IMG/VR virus record: IMGVR_UViG_3300017605_000678
Coordinates: 1 to 64,000 of that record
DNA from: a virus
Reading direction: 5' to 3' (one strand)
Length of the DNA: 64,000 nt
The notes under the pieces are model-generated. The model was not told the origin of the DNA and did no database searches. It worked only from the letters and a program-made list of their open reading frames with translations. Below, piece by piece: positions 35,531 through 45,627 of the stretch (position 1 is the stretch's first letter; every line of letters begins with the position of its first letter). Made by a program: the position numbers and the translations under genes.

Positions 35531-36862
35531 TCAGGATTTGAGTTTAGGTACCAACAGCTCCGGCTCTTGTCCCGTGTGCTCGGCCCAGCGCTCGAGCACG
35601 ACCGCAACGTAGGCCGGGTCGATCTCGACGCCGTAGCAGACGCGGTCGAGGTTCTCGCAGGCGATCAGCGTCGAGCCCGAGCCCAGGAATCCGTCGAACA
35701 CGAGGGCGCCCGGCTTGCTGCTGTGCCGGATCGCGTGCGCCGGAACTTCGATCGGTTTCTCGGTCGGGTGCTCCGTCTCGCGAGTCTTGGCGATCGTCCA
35801 GACGGACAGCGCGTGGCCCTCGTCCGGGAAATTGAACGTGTGCTTTCCGCGCGTGGCGTAAGCGATCAACTCCGTGCTCCAGGTCCAATGACGTTTCGTG
35901 AGCGAGGGCATCGGCGCCGGCTTGCTGAAGACGCAATACGAGAAGTGATCGGACCAAGTGGCCATCCATGCCCAGATCTCGCCGGCCAGATGATGGCTCG
36001 TGCAAACGTAGACCGTCACGTCGTCGGCCATTGGCAGCGCGCGCATGAACTGGCCGGGCTTGAAATCCTTGTCCCACTTGGCCGCCTTCAGGCCGGCCAT
36101 GGCCGGACTCCAGGCCGCGGCGATCAGTCCGTTTTTCCCTGCGAGATTGTATGGCGGGTCCGTGAACACGATGTCGGCCTTGTTGCCGCGCATGAACGCG
36201 TTCAGCTCCTCGGGCTTGCTGGAATCGCCGCACCAGACCCGGTGCTGCTCGAGGGCCCAGACTTGGCCGGGCTTTGTGCGCCACTTCTTTTGCAGAGCCA
36301 GCGCCTCGGCCGTGCGCGGCTCCGTCTCTTTCTCGCAAGTGCGCGCGTCGTGGGCGTCGGCCAGGAGCCGGCGCAGCTCGTCGCCGGAGATCCCCGTGAT
36401 TGGGTCCATGTCGGCCACTTCGGCGAGCAGCTGGGCCAGCAGCGCGTCGTCGTCGGCGCCGTTCTGGTAGTTGCCGCTCACGAGGCGCGCCAAGTGGGTC
36501 GGCTCGTCATAATTCACCACCACGCAATCGGCCGAAGAAAAGCCCAGCTCCGCCAGCACTTTTGCGCGTAAATGCCCAGAAACTAGGAGCCCGTTGCGCC
36601 GGTTCCACACCAGGGGATCGAAGTAATCGTGCTGGAGTGAATCTCGCAGGGCGCTCCATTCCGGCGAGCCGGGCTCGGGGTGCTGGCGCGGATTGCGAGG
36701 GTGAGGCTTGAGCCGGGCCAGCTCGAGGCGCTCGATCGTGAGCGTTGCAGATTTGGATTCCGGCCGCGCGCGCCGGACGCGGCCGGGAGGAGTAGAAGGC
36801 CGCGCGGCGGTCCCGTTGGCGGAGCGGCCGGCCGAACGGAGCGAGGGTTTCGAGCGAGGCAT
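35531..36862 (-). CDS. ParB-N-domain DNA methyltransferase (N4/N6, beta class)
   Basis: LKPHPRNPR...SGHLR; FTDPPY; HPTEKP; FDGFLGSGS. Confidence 0.92.
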   Translation of the reverse strand: MPRSKPSLRSAGRSANGTAARPSTPPGRVRRARPESKSATLTIERLELARLKPHPRNPRQHPEPGSPEWSALRDSLQHDYFDPLVWNRRNGLLVSGHLRAKVLAELGFSSADCVVVNYDEPTHLARLVSGNYQNGADDDALLAQLLAEVADMDPITGISGDELRRLLADAHDARTCEKETEPRTAEALALQKKWRTKPGQVWALEQHRVWCGDSSKPEELNAFMRGNKADIVFTDPPYNLAGKNGLIAAAWSPAMAGLKAAKWDKDFKPGQFMRALPMADDVTVYVCTSHHLAGEIWAWMATWSDHFSYCVFSKPAPMPSLTKRHWTWSTELIAYATRGKHTFNFPDEGHALSVWTIAKTRETEHPTEKPIEVPAHAIRHSSKPGALVFDGFLGSGSTLIACENLDRVCYGVEIDPAYVAVVLERWAEHTGQEPELLVPKLKS

Positions 36863-36967
36863 TGCGCCGCCCGTTGTATCGGGCCAGGGCCAGCCGGTCA
36901 AGGTCGCTCGCGCAGGCGCCAGAAACGGCGCACGCCCCAGGCGTCGCCCTCCGTGTAGCGGAGCCCG

Positions 36968-37219
36968 TCACGGTAAGGGCCCGTCGTCGTCGAAATTATC
37001 CTCATCCCTTTCGCAGTCCTCGCAGCCTGGGCATTCAACTTCTCCGTGATTATGGCAGACGCAAAAGTCGCCACCGCAATAACAGGCAATTGAGCCAAGA
37101 CCGCCGCACGAGCCGCGAACGGGCTGGAATAATTGGGCAACTGTGCCACTCGCCCCGCACCAGCATTGCACCACGTCGTTGCAGGGATCCTTCTCTTCGA
37201 TTTTCTTGTTCTCGCTCAC
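36968..37219 (-). CDS. Cys-rich small protein
   Basis: CWC..CGG.G...CYCGGDFCVCHNHGEVECPGCEDC. Confidence 0.6.
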   Translation of the reverse strand: MSENKKIEEKDPCNDVVQCWCGASGTVAQLFQPVRGSCGGLGSIACYCGGDFCVCHNHGEVECPGCEDCERDEDNFDDDGPLP

Positions 37220-37973
37220 TTGAAAGCCTCGGCGCGCAGCCGCTGGAGCCCGTCGCGCAGCTCCTCGACCCGCTCCGTGATGATTGAGTGCGGACGCTCG
37301 ACGGCGGAGGCTCGGAATGCTTCCAGCGCGCCCAGCGCATAGATCAGCACGTCCAGGTCCTCGACGGTGGCCAGGATGGCCACCTTGCTTTTGTCTTCCA
37401 GAGAATTGAGCAGCTGCCGTTCAATCACTGGGCGCGTTGTCTTTTCGATTTTCATAGAGTTTTCGCGTGCCTGATCGCCGAGACCACTTGCTACCTTAGA
37501 AAGCCACCAGATCAGGAGTAAAACAAACGCTGCCGGATAAAGGAAATCGGCCGCGCTCATGGCGTTAGAGAAGTGAGCAGTCCCGCAAAAGCGACCCACT
37601 TCGTGGTTCGTGCACTTCCCTCCCAATAGCTGACCAGGAGGGCTTTCTTTCTCTCGTTCTTGGCGACGACGAACCAAAGCCGGCCGTCGAACTGGAAAGA
37701 GTCGCCGAGTTTGATCTCGTGGAAAGTCGGCAGGCTGTATTTTTCGCTCATGGCTTCAATTGCCAGGATTTGCCGGCGGAGAGTTTTTGAAATAGTCGAT
37801 CCGACGCGCGTGCCTCGCCTTGTAAGCCAGGAAAATTTCCCGCTGTCCATGCTCGCCTGAGGACCAGCGGCTCCAGCACTCGGCACAAAGCAAAAGACCG
37901 TCCTGGCCAGCGCAAGGAACTTTCAAAATGTACGTCCCAGGGCGGTCCGGATGTTGAAAGCAAAGTTTCGCGC

Positions 37974-38492
37974 TCATGGCTTGTGCCTCATTTGCCAGGG
38001 CTGAGAGTTTGAGCCGTTCGGATCTGGGCGCCATTCCCATTTCTCGACGTCGAAGAACCAGCCCGGAGGATACGGTACCTCGTGCGGCGTCCGCAGCTCG
38101 CCCGGGTCGCGCCCGAGGACCGTGCCCGCGGGCAACGGCGGAATAGGCGGATGTCGCTCGATCGGCAAATCGGGGATCCCATTGTCGAGCGCCTCGATTT
38201 TGAACTGGGAATGATTTAAACGATTCGAATACGTGACGGAGTTTGAGGAGCGCTCGACCCACACGCCGGGCCCGACCATGACGTGGTCCCCGGGCCGGCA
38301 GAGAAATAGCGCGTTGCTCATGCCCACGGCGTCCGAGGAGTTGACGTGGATCACGCGGAACGGCTCGGTCGACTCCTTGGCAGAATCGACTTGTGAGCGC
38401 CAGCCTAGGAACACGCCGGCGCCGAGGCCGAACAGGACAAGGCCAAGACCCAGGCAGATCCAGAAAACGTCTTTTGCATGATTGTGGTTCAT
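37974..38492 (-). CDS. Membrane-anchored hypothetical protein
   Basis: MNHNHAK then TM helix. Confidence 0.5.
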   Translation of the reverse strand: MNHNHAKDVFWICLGLGLVLFGLGAGVFLGWRSQVDSAKESTEPFRVIHVNSSDAVGMSNALFLCRPGDHVMVGPGVWVERSSNSVTYSNRLNHSQFKIEALDNGIPDLPIERHPPIPPLPAGTVLGRDPGELRTPHEVPYPPGWFFDVEKWEWRPDPNGSNSQPWQMRHKP

Positions 38493-38700
38493 TTTGTTTT
38501 CCCTTCGTTTCCGCACATCCAGCAGCGTTTTTGCCGCGGTCGGCCCGCGCTCTGTTTGGCGACCAGCTCGTGGCCGCATTCCAAAAAATAGCGCCTGCTT
38601 CCGCCCCAACTCCATGGACCGACCTTTCTGTCGTGATCCACTGTCTTGACGATTTTGCGGAGCGGGTGCGGCGTCGGCCGCCAGATAGTTTCTTGGTCAG

Positions 38701-40026
38701 TCATAAAAGGAGGCCGGGCGTCACGGCGCAACGGGCGCGCGCTTGCTCGGCATAGTCGGGGTTCAACTCCAGGAGGAGCGCAGAGCGGCCCAGCTCGAGC
38801 GCTACGGCGCCGGTCGTGCCGCTCCCGGCAAATGGGTCCAGGACGATCGCCCGGCCCGTGGGCGCCCCGCCGGAGCACTTGCAGGTCGGGCGCCAGCCCA
38901 CGGTCTTGCGCTCGCGCATGCCGGCCAGGATCCGCGCCTTCGTCGCGCTGGCATCCTGGGCGCCGGCGGCGCCGAAGTCTTTGGTCGCTTTGCCGGAGTA
39001 TTCGCCGTTGGCGTCGCCGCCGCACGCGCGCTGGTGCTCCAGGTCTGGCTTGCCCTTGCGCACGATCCGAACGTACGGCGCCGCGCAGACGGAGCAGCAG
39101 CCTCCGGCCGACGTGCCGGCCAGGATGCACGGTTTGACCAAGTCCGGCGGGAACGTCGCGAAATGGGCGCCGGGGTAAGCGTAAGTCGTGATCGTCCACA
39201 CGCTCCGCTTGTTTCGGTCAGGAACAAGATCGATCACGGCCGCGCTGAAACTTGAATTCTGTTTTGAGCCGTTGGCGCCGTTATTGGCCGCCGCCTTTGG
39301 ATTCAAGCCGGCGATCCGCGAGTAAGCCGATTGTTCCGGAGCATGGTACCCGCGCCCGCGGGCGGCGCGCGCGTGCGAATCCGGGCTGCTAGCCTCTTTA
39401 ATCGCCTCGCCATCGTAAAAGTAGCGCGCGGACTTCGTGAGCAGAAACACGTACTCGTGCGCCTTCGTCGGCCGGTCCGTGACACTCTCCGGCATCGGGT
39501 TTGGCTTGTGCCAAATGACGTCCGCGCGCAGCACCCAGCCGGCCGCCTGGAGCGCGAACGCCACGCGCCAAGGAATGCCGATCAAGTTTTTCGTCGCGAG
39601 CCGTCCGGCGCCCTTGTGCTGTTCGTCCTGCCGAGGAGCACGGTCGCGCCGGAACGAAGACCGGTGGCCGACGCGCGGGCCACTGCTGCGCAGCTTGCGA
39701 GCGGCGCGCTCCTGGGCGTGCTGGGTGCCGTCGAGCGCGCTCTTCGTGCCCACACTGCCGCCCCAGCCGCTCGCCGTGTAGCAGTCCCCGAGGTTCAGCC
39801 AGAGCGTTCCATCATCCCGGAGCACGCGCGCCACTTCGTCGAAGATCTCGACCAGCTTTTGCACGTAGGCCTCGACCGTCCGCTCGCGCCCGATCTGCCC
39901 TGGATGATTGTAGTCGCGGACCGCCCAGTAGGGTGGAGAAGTGACCACGCAATGCACGGAGGCCTCGGGCAGCGCGCGCAGCAGGGCCAGGGCGTCGCCC
40001 ACGCGCAGATCAAGGGTTGGGCTCAT
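38701..40026 (-). CDS. DNA methyltransferase (SPPY motif, likely N4-cytosine, beta class)
   Basis: VTSPPY, WHKPNPMPES, HFATFP, VLDPFAGSGTT. Confidence 0.93.
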   Translation of the reverse strand: MSPTLDLRVGDALALLRALPEASVHCVVTSPPYWAVRDYNHPGQIGRERTVEAYVQKLVEIFDEVARVLRDDGTLWLNLGDCYTASGWGGSVGTKSALDGTQHAQERAARKLRSSGPRVGHRSSFRRDRAPRQDEQHKGAGRLATKNLIGIPWRVAFALQAAGWVLRADVIWHKPNPMPESVTDRPTKAHEYVFLLTKSARYFYDGEAIKEASSPDSHARAARGRGYHAPEQSAYSRIAGLNPKAAANNGANGSKQNSSFSAAVIDLVPDRNKRSVWTITTYAYPGAHFATFPPDLVKPCILAGTSAGGCCSVCAAPYVRIVRKGKPDLEHQRACGGDANGEYSGKATKDFGAAGAQDASATKARILAGMRERKTVGWRPTCKCSGGAPTGRAIVLDPFAGSGTTGAVALELGRSALLLELNPDYAEQARARCAVTPGLLL

Positions 40027-40277
40027 TTCGATTTCGCGATGAACTCGATCCGCGGGAAATAGCTCCCGGAGATCGTGACCGTATTCGTCTTGCAGCTCGT
40101 GCAACGGTGGGGATACTGCGCCGGGCTGCTCGTGAGCACGACGCCGTCGTGCACCATTTCGCCGCCGCACTTCTCGCAGCGCAAGGTCAGGCGCACGGCC
40201 TGGACTTCGTTTGTGATGACGGTCTGGCCAGGAGCGGCCAGAGCGGTAAGAACAAGGATCGGAAGTAATGGTTTCAT
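40023..40277 (-). CDS. Zn-ribbon protein with hydrophobic N-terminus
   Basis: CEKCGGEM...YPHRCTSC. Confidence 0.55.
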   Translation of the reverse strand: MKPLLPILVLTALAAPGQTVITNEVQAVRLTLRCEKCGGEMVHDGVVLTSSPAQYPHRCTSCKTNTVTISGSYFPRIEFIAKSK

Positions 40278-41221
40278 GTAATTTTCGGAAACTCGCGCAC
40301 GCGCAGATCGGCCGGCCACTCCAACGGATCTCCGCCTTTCTTGTCCATCCAGGCGCCGCGCTCGCGCGCGAAATCACTGTGAATTGACTTTCCGTTGTCG
40401 TGGCGGTTGCTGCCCAATTGCTTTACGAAAGGAGCGACGCCCGCGGCCCGGCACTGGCGTACGCCGTCGCGGATCCACTCGACATTGCACGGGCGCGCCC
40501 CTGGGCCACTTTCGCCGCCGAAAATAACCCAATGAATGCCCGGCATGCTGCCGAACGAATCGGCTCCGTTGAAAGCAGCAGCCGCAAGATCGATCGGACC
40601 CAGCATTGGCTCGACGGAGAGGAACCGCACGCGCGCCGGGATCCGGACCAGCTCCGGGATCCGCTCGTCCGCATATTTTTGGTTTCCAGCGCTGGCGCCC
40701 ATCCAGACGTGCGGCGGAGGATTCCCCTCAAGCCATTGCGGAACCATGTCTTCGCGGCTGAAGATCTTCGGCACAGCGTCGGCCAGCAGTTTGTACCAAC
40801 TCTGCGGACGTTTCGAAAGCAAGAGCCAGTCGAGGTTTCGGGTCTTGTCGATCAGGTTCAGCAAGTCGGCGCGGATGTTCTTGTCGACCTCCTCGTCGAG
40901 CCAGTCAGCCATCGAAGCGCAGAAGACACGCGGACGGTTTGGAAGATTCGAGTGCTCGCAGCTCGGGCAGTCCTCATATAGGCACGGCCCGTGCACTGGA
41001 CAACGGAAAGGATACCGTGCCGCCGTACGGTTCCAATTGATCGGCCCTCGCCAGTTGTCCTCACTCGTCCGCCTCCGCGGCGCGCCCTTGCCCCAGTTGC
41101 CGCCGCCGAACCGTTCGTTGAACGTCTCGGCATAGCAATTAAGGCACTCGGTAGAAACTTTAGTACAACCGATCCAGCCGTTGAACGTGTGATCGGTCCA
41201 TTCGATGTTGCTGTTTTGCAT
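40274..41221 (-). CDS. DUF5131 (phage Gp37/Gp68) family protein
   Basis: IEWTDHTFNGWIGCTKVSTECLNCYAE, RFLSVEPMLG, WVIFGGESG, FVKQLG. Confidence 0.92.
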   Translation of the reverse strand: MQNSNIEWTDHTFNGWIGCTKVSTECLNCYAETFNERFGGGNWGKGAPRRRTSEDNWRGPINWNRTAARYPFRCPVHGPCLYEDCPSCEHSNLPNRPRVFCASMADWLDEEVDKNIRADLLNLIDKTRNLDWLLLSKRPQSWYKLLADAVPKIFSREDMVPQWLEGNPPPHVWMGASAGNQKYADERIPELVRIPARVRFLSVEPMLGPIDLAAAAFNGADSFGSMPGIHWVIFGGESGPGARPCNVEWIRDGVRQCRAAGVAPFVKQLGSNRHDNGKSIHSDFARERGAWMDKKGGDPLEWPADLRVREFPKIT

Positions 41222-41647
41222 TTATCCTTTCAGCACGTCGATCCCGGCGGCGCGCGCCAGTTCAAGGATGTTCTCCCATGACAAGGTGAACCATTGGCCT
41301 GTCTGGCAACTTTGAACTACCGGAGTGCCAATCATCAGCGTGCTCATCTTGTAACTGAGTTTCCCACGGGTCGCCTCGCCGACGTGGTTCCGCAGAAACA
41401 AGGTCCTGGGCTTGTGGATCTCGCCAATTGACTTGGACGCGGCCGGACTCGAACCGGCTTTCGGGTCTCCTCGATTCGAAGTCGAGGGCCGCAGACTGGA
41501 TTCCGTCCCGGGACGTTTACCCAGCGCTGACTGCTTCCGCGCAGCTGTCGCGCCCTTCAGAGGCGCGGCTGCCCCAGCCTGGGGCGCTTCCTCCGGTCCG
41601 TAATTCCGGAGGCGGCCAGAGCAACCGCGAGATTGTTTGCGTTTCAT
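41222..41647 (-). CDS. Hypothetical protein; its N-terminal part overlaps a tRNA-like structure
   Basis: C-terminal part (TGQWFTLSWENILELARAAGID) looks protein-like; N-terminal part is low complexity; start uncertain. Confidence 0.5.
   Translation of the reverse strand: MKRKQSRGCSGRLRNYGPEEAPQAGAAAPLKGATAARKQSALGKRPGTESSLRPSTSNRGDPKAGSSPAASKSIGEIHKPRTLFLRNHVGEATRGKLSYKMSTLMIGTPVVQSCQTGQWFTLSWENILELARAAGIDVLKG
41434..41555 (-). ncRNA. tRNA-like RNA (UCG anticodon loop, expanded D arm, G3-U70)
   Basis: Acceptor GGGCGCG/CGCGTCC+A; D stem GCTGC/GCGGC; anticodon arm CTCGA-CTTCGAA-TCGAG; T arm GCCGG-TTCGAGT-CCGGC. Confidence 0.6.
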
Positions 41648-42108
41648 GGGAGCAGCGCCGCGGGCACGTCGAGGCGAAAGATCCCTTGCAGGCCGCCGGC
41701 GAAGATCGGCGCGTCGAACTGCTGCGCCGCCTCCAGGAGCCAAGCAAAGCGAAGCGCCGAGTAGTCGCCAAGCGATCGCTCTTCGTAGGAAACTCCGCGC
41801 TTCAAAGCGTCCTCGGTCGTGCGAAAGCCGGTCAACCGGACCGTGCCGATCAGCGCTCCGAACTCCATTGCGTAAGCCTCGACGCGACGGAACGGCTCCA
41901 GCTCCATGAGTTTCTTTTGTTCAGGGCGCCAGACTTTGGCCGCGTGGATCCCGATCGTCTTGCCGATCAATTTCGACGGCGGGCGCCAGTTGCGGGTCTC
42001 GATCTTCTTAATCCCCAGGACGACCAGCAACGCCCAGGGCTGCCAGAGCGTGAGGCAGGGCAGAGCAACGGTCTCGCTCGGCGCAGGAGGCTGAGGCGCG
42101 GCGCTCAT
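41644..42108 (-). CDS. ASCH domain protein
   Basis: LTLWQPWALLVVLGIKKIETRNW...IHAAK...GLQGIF. Confidence 0.88.
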   Translation of the reverse strand: MSAAPQPPAPSETVALPCLTLWQPWALLVVLGIKKIETRNWRPPSKLIGKTIGIHAAKVWRPEQKKLMELEPFRRVEAYAMEFGALIGTVRLTGFRTTEDALKRGVSYEERSLGDYSALRFAWLLEAAQQFDAPIFAGGLQGIFRLDVPAALLP

Positions 42109-42524
42109 CCGTTCCCCCTCGGGCTCGTCTCATTGTGCAACGGAAGCACTCCGTGGGAGGCAATTTCCTCGGCCTTGTCCATGGCTTCCCGCTGAAACCA
42201 ATCGACAAACTCGCCGACCTCGAACTCCAGGCGGTCGGCCGCGGTCAGCACAGAGAGGCGCCACGGCGCCCCGACCAGCCCGTCCTCGGCATAACGGTCG
42301 CGCGCCCGTGAGGCCACGATCCGGCCGTAGTTCTGGAGCGCCAACACGTCGCCGGCATCCCACTCGCCGCAAGTGATCCGGTTGTAGGCGGTACGGAACG
42401 GGTCCTTTTCTTTGGCGTCGCGCAGCTCGGGCGCGAATGTCTCCAGCATGTTAAAGGCCTCGCCGAGCCGCTTTTCCCAGCAGGGATCGTCCGCTTCGTG
42501 TCTGTAGATCGTTCGTGATGTCAT
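42105..42524 (-). CDS. Hypothetical protein
   Basis: Start MTSRTIY by ATGA overlap. Confidence 0.5.
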   Translation of the reverse strand: MTSRTIYRHEADDPCWEKRLGEAFNMLETFAPELRDAKEKDPFRTAYNRITCGEWDAGDVLALQNYGRIVASRARDRYAEDGLVGAPWRLSVLTAADRLEFEVGEFVDWFQREAMDKAEEIASHGVLPLHNETSPRGNG

Positions 42525-43006
42525 AGGGTTTTCTCCACTTTCGGAAACACAAATTTGCCGTTGCTGCAGTCCGTTCCGGTATAGCACAGCCAGCCGGACT
42601 CCACAGCCCGGTCCAGGCTCTTCCACGGGCGCAGGCCGGCCTTGCCCAGGGCGGCCAGGATCTCGCCGCGGCTGAACTCGGTCCGGCCCGTGGCGCGCAG
42701 CTTGGCCAGGACGGCATCGATCGCAGGAGTGCTCACTCTTGACCTCCTGCTTCCAGATCAGCGCGCGCCGCATTGGCAGAGTACGGCTCATCAAAATACG
42801 GACCGTCGTCATGGTAGCTCGCGATCGCGACAAGAGCGCGGACCAATCGTCGCACTTGCTTTGCTGAATACCGGCCTCCGAACCTCAGCTTGCCGCCGGC
42901 GCATGTTCGCACGCTCCTGATCTCGACCGTCTGTTCTTTCTTAACTTTGGATTTCATGTTCGCTCGTTTGGAGCGGCCCACGAAAGGGCCGCCCCGGTTC
43001 AATGAT

Positions 43007-43372
43007 TCAAAACGGGATCCCGTGATCCGGGCCGGACAGCTCTGGCGCCGGAGCGAGCACGGGCTGGCTCGGCCAGATTTCGATCCGAACCTCAGGGTCG
43101 ATTTGTTCCGGCCGCAAAGAGTTGACGGCGGAGCGGACGATCTCGGGGCTGGATCCGGAGGAAATAATCCGGAGCCCCTCGCCGAGTAACCCATCAGTGA
43201 TCGGGCAGTATTCCGGGAACAGCGCGACCGCGACCGTGTAACCATCCTTCACGAGGGCCATCGCGCGGGCGCGTTGGCTGTTGTCGCGGCGCATGGAGGA
43301 AACCGCGTGCGCGCGCTGATAGTCGTTCCGGTACCCGTCGTCCTCCGCTTCCAGTTCAAATCGTTCGTTCAT
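43007..43372 (-). CDS. Hypothetical protein
   Basis: Preceded by GC hairpin and A-rich leader; ends ...IPF. Confidence 0.6.
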   Translation of the reverse strand: MNERFELEAEDDGYRNDYQRAHAVSSMRRDNSQRARAMALVKDGYTVAVALFPEYCPITDGLLGEGLRIISSGSSPEIVRSAVNSLRPEQIDPEVRIEIWPSQPVLAPAPELSGPDHGIPF

Positions 43373-43421
43373 TTGGTTTTTGAAGTTTGGGGCGGCGCAG
43401 GCCGCCCCGGTTGTCGTCGAG

Positions 43422-43718
43422 TTACAGTCCCGGGTCCGCGTCGCTCGTCACGCTGAATCCGTCGAACACGCCGCCGCAGTCGGCCTCGTTGAATGCCACC
43501 GGCGCCGGCCGCTGGTCCCAAGTGACCTCCGCGCTCAGCGGCAGGCCGTCCGCCGACTGCCGGCGGTTGGTGCCCGTGATGTAGGCCCAGCCGGGCGAGG
43601 AGTTGATCACGCGGCCGCCGATCTTGGCCACGACAGCGCGGAGGGTTTCGCCGACCACGGTCAGCTCTTCGCGGAAAAAGCCGGCCGACGCCTGGAAGGT
43701 TACGTTGAAGGTTTTCAT
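43422..43718 (-). CDS. Hypothetical protein (first gene after cassette)
   Basis: Start MKTFNVT; C-terminal EADCGGVFDGFSVTSDADPGL. Confidence 0.65.
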   Translation of the reverse strand: MKTFNVTFQASAGFFREELTVVGETLRAVVAKIGGRVINSSPGWAYITGTNRRQSADGLPLSAEVTWDQRPAPVAFNEADCGGVFDGFSVTSDADPGL

Positions 43719-43820
43719 TTTCGTTCGTTCGTGGGGCGCCTTACGGGGGCGGCCCCTCTTTCTGGTTGTGACCATCGTCGATTTCCGCCGCCAAGTAAAG
43801 AGTTTTTTTACTCTTTTTTT
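43719..43820 (-). promoter_or_regulatory. Promoter-hairpin-leader cassette, copy 4
   Basis: TTTACT-N17-GATGGT; GGGGCCGCC CCCGTAA GGCGCCCC; ACGAACGAACGAAAATG. Confidence 0.88.
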
Positions 43821-44313
43821 AGGCCCCAGAATCTGGCCGTTTATGGCCGTTTCTGAACTTCAGCAGCCTCTCGGCCGCCATTTTCAAAGGTCCCCCAGAC
43901 AGCGCCTTGGCCGCGGCCTTCTCCAGCCAGCCCTTGCGCTTTGGGTCCCGTGCGCCGGCGGCGCGGTCGATCGCCTCGACCCAGCGGATCGCCACGGCCG
44001 CCACTTGCAGCAGCTCGGCCCGGCGCTTCTGCGGGTCTGGCTCCGTGATGGCCTCGAAATGCTCCTCGCTCAAGATCATTGCCCAAGTCTGCTCGCCCGC
44101 CTGCATGAGCCGGTTCACTTCGGCCTTTAGTGCGGCCATCTCCTCGAGCAGGTCCAGGCGCACGCCGTCGGCGTTTTCGTTTCCATGGAGCGAACTCGCG
44201 CGAGCAGCCTCCGCCGCCACGTCATGGAACACGCGGGTCCGAATCGACAGGAAACGGTCCGCGTTCCCGAGCCGGCCAGGACGGCTCCGATCTGGTAGCT
44301 CGCCATCGCTCAT
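43819..44313 (-). CDS. MazG-like NTP pyrophosphohydrolase
   Basis: WAMILSEEHFEA...RAELLQVAAVAIRWVEAID. Confidence 0.7.
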   Translation of the reverse strand: MSDGELPDRSRPGRLGNADRFLSIRTRVFHDVAAEAARASSLHGNENADGVRLDLLEEMAALKAEVNRLMQAGEQTWAMILSEEHFEAITEPDPQKRRAELLQVAAVAIRWVEAIDRAAGARDPKRKGWLEKAAAKALSGGPLKMAAERLLKFRNGHKRPDSGA

Positions 44314-45449
44314 TTGCTTTTCCATTTGAATCCTTGCTGGCGCTCGGATCGCTCGCCGTCGAATCCGACCGAATAGCCGAGCCGGCGGTAAAACTCCATC
44401 CTGGCCAATGAATGCTTCGTCATAAGCGGGTGCGCCGTGTCGTGGAAATCGTAGATCAAACCGTGGTTCTTGCCTACGTTTCCGCGCAGCACGCGGCCCG
44501 TGCGTTGCTCCGTTTTTGCGCTCGAGCGACCACCGCATGCCAGGATCAGCACGTTCGCGTTTGGCAGGTCCAGGCCCTCGTCGGCGAGGCTGGTCGCCAC
44601 GAGGCACTGTATCGCCCCGGCCCGGAAGCCGTCCATTGCCGCGCGGCGCGCCTTGGCTCCCATCTTCGAAAAGCAGACAACGGCGCCCGGGATTCTCTCT
44701 CCGAGAAACTGGCCGTGCTCGACCTTATTGACGAGGATCAGCACTTGGTCGGTAGCATGCTGTAGCGCCTTCGTGATCACGTAGCCATTGCGGCCGACGT
44801 TCTGGACAATGCCGACATCGATACAGACGCGGAACGCAATTTGCCCCCACAGCTCTTGCTCCGGGATCTGGGAGAAACGGCGCCGCCGGCTCAGCTCACG
44901 GTTGATCAACTTGTCCATGCCAGCGGTCAAACTCTGGTCCGAAGTGGCGATCATGCGCACGAAAGCCGGCACCATCATTTCCTCGACCTCCTCGCGCTCG
45001 ACCCAGAGCGCCTCACTGAACAGCTCCAGCAGCCGAGCCAGCTCGTCCTTGTCCTCCGGAGGCGTCGCCGTAAAGCCCCAGCGGGCGCCCTGGGCCGCGG
45101 CGATCTGGCCAGCCCAGGAGGGCGCCAGGGCGTGGTGCGCCTCGTCCACGATCAAGACGTCGGCGGACGTCCAGTCCTGGCAGCCGGCCGCGCAAGCAAC
45201 CGTGCACTCGGCCTCAACTCCGACGCGCGCGATCGCTTCGCGCGCTTGCTCGACCTGCTCCTGGGTATTGGCGATCCAGCCCACGCGCACGGCTCGCGCC
45301 CGAAAGCGCGCTTCGATCACGCGGCGCAGGGCGGCCGCGGCAATGATCGTCTTGCCGCTCCCGGCCGGAGAGACCACGAGGCCACGCCGGCGCCCCGCCA
45401 GCCATTCCACGGCCTCTTGCTGGTGGGGCTTCAGCTCGAGAGCATTCAT
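44310..45449 (-). CDS. Superfamily 2 (DEAH) helicase
   Basis: PAGSGKT, DEAHH, TATP, EGLDLP, QRTGRVLR. Confidence 0.93.
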   Translation of the reverse strand: MNALELKPHQQEAVEWLAGRRRGLVVSPAGSGKTIIAAAALRRVIEARFRARAVRVGWIANTQEQVEQAREAIARVGVEAECTVACAAGCQDWTSADVLIVDEAHHALAPSWAGQIAAAQGARWGFTATPPEDKDELARLLELFSEALWVEREEVEEMMVPAFVRMIATSDQSLTAGMDKLINRELSRRRRFSQIPEQELWGQIAFRVCIDVGIVQNVGRNGYVITKALQHATDQVLILVNKVEHGQFLGERIPGAVVCFSKMGAKARRAAMDGFRAGAIQCLVATSLADEGLDLPNANVLILACGGRSSAKTEQRTGRVLRGNVGKNHGLIYDFHDTAHPLMTKHSLARMEFYRRLGYSVGFDGERSERQQGFKWKSK

Positions 45450-45627
45450 GCTTCGATCAATTTCGTAAGGTCGCGCCATGCGCCGTCGTCCAGGTCCGCG
45501 TCGTAATCGACATTCAAAAGCGCATTGCAGTTTGGACAGCGGACGTGCTTTGGCGATTGTTCATAGTCGACCGGAACGTCTGATCCGCAGCAGGGACACT
45601 CGTGTTCCACGGTGGTAGTTCTGGCGC

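Noticed and set aside
41434-41555. tmRNA or a standard tRNA-Arg
   Set aside because: Too short for tmRNA and it has an anticodon arm; the D arm and positions 8-9 are non-canonical for a normal tRNA, so it is reported only as tRNA-like.
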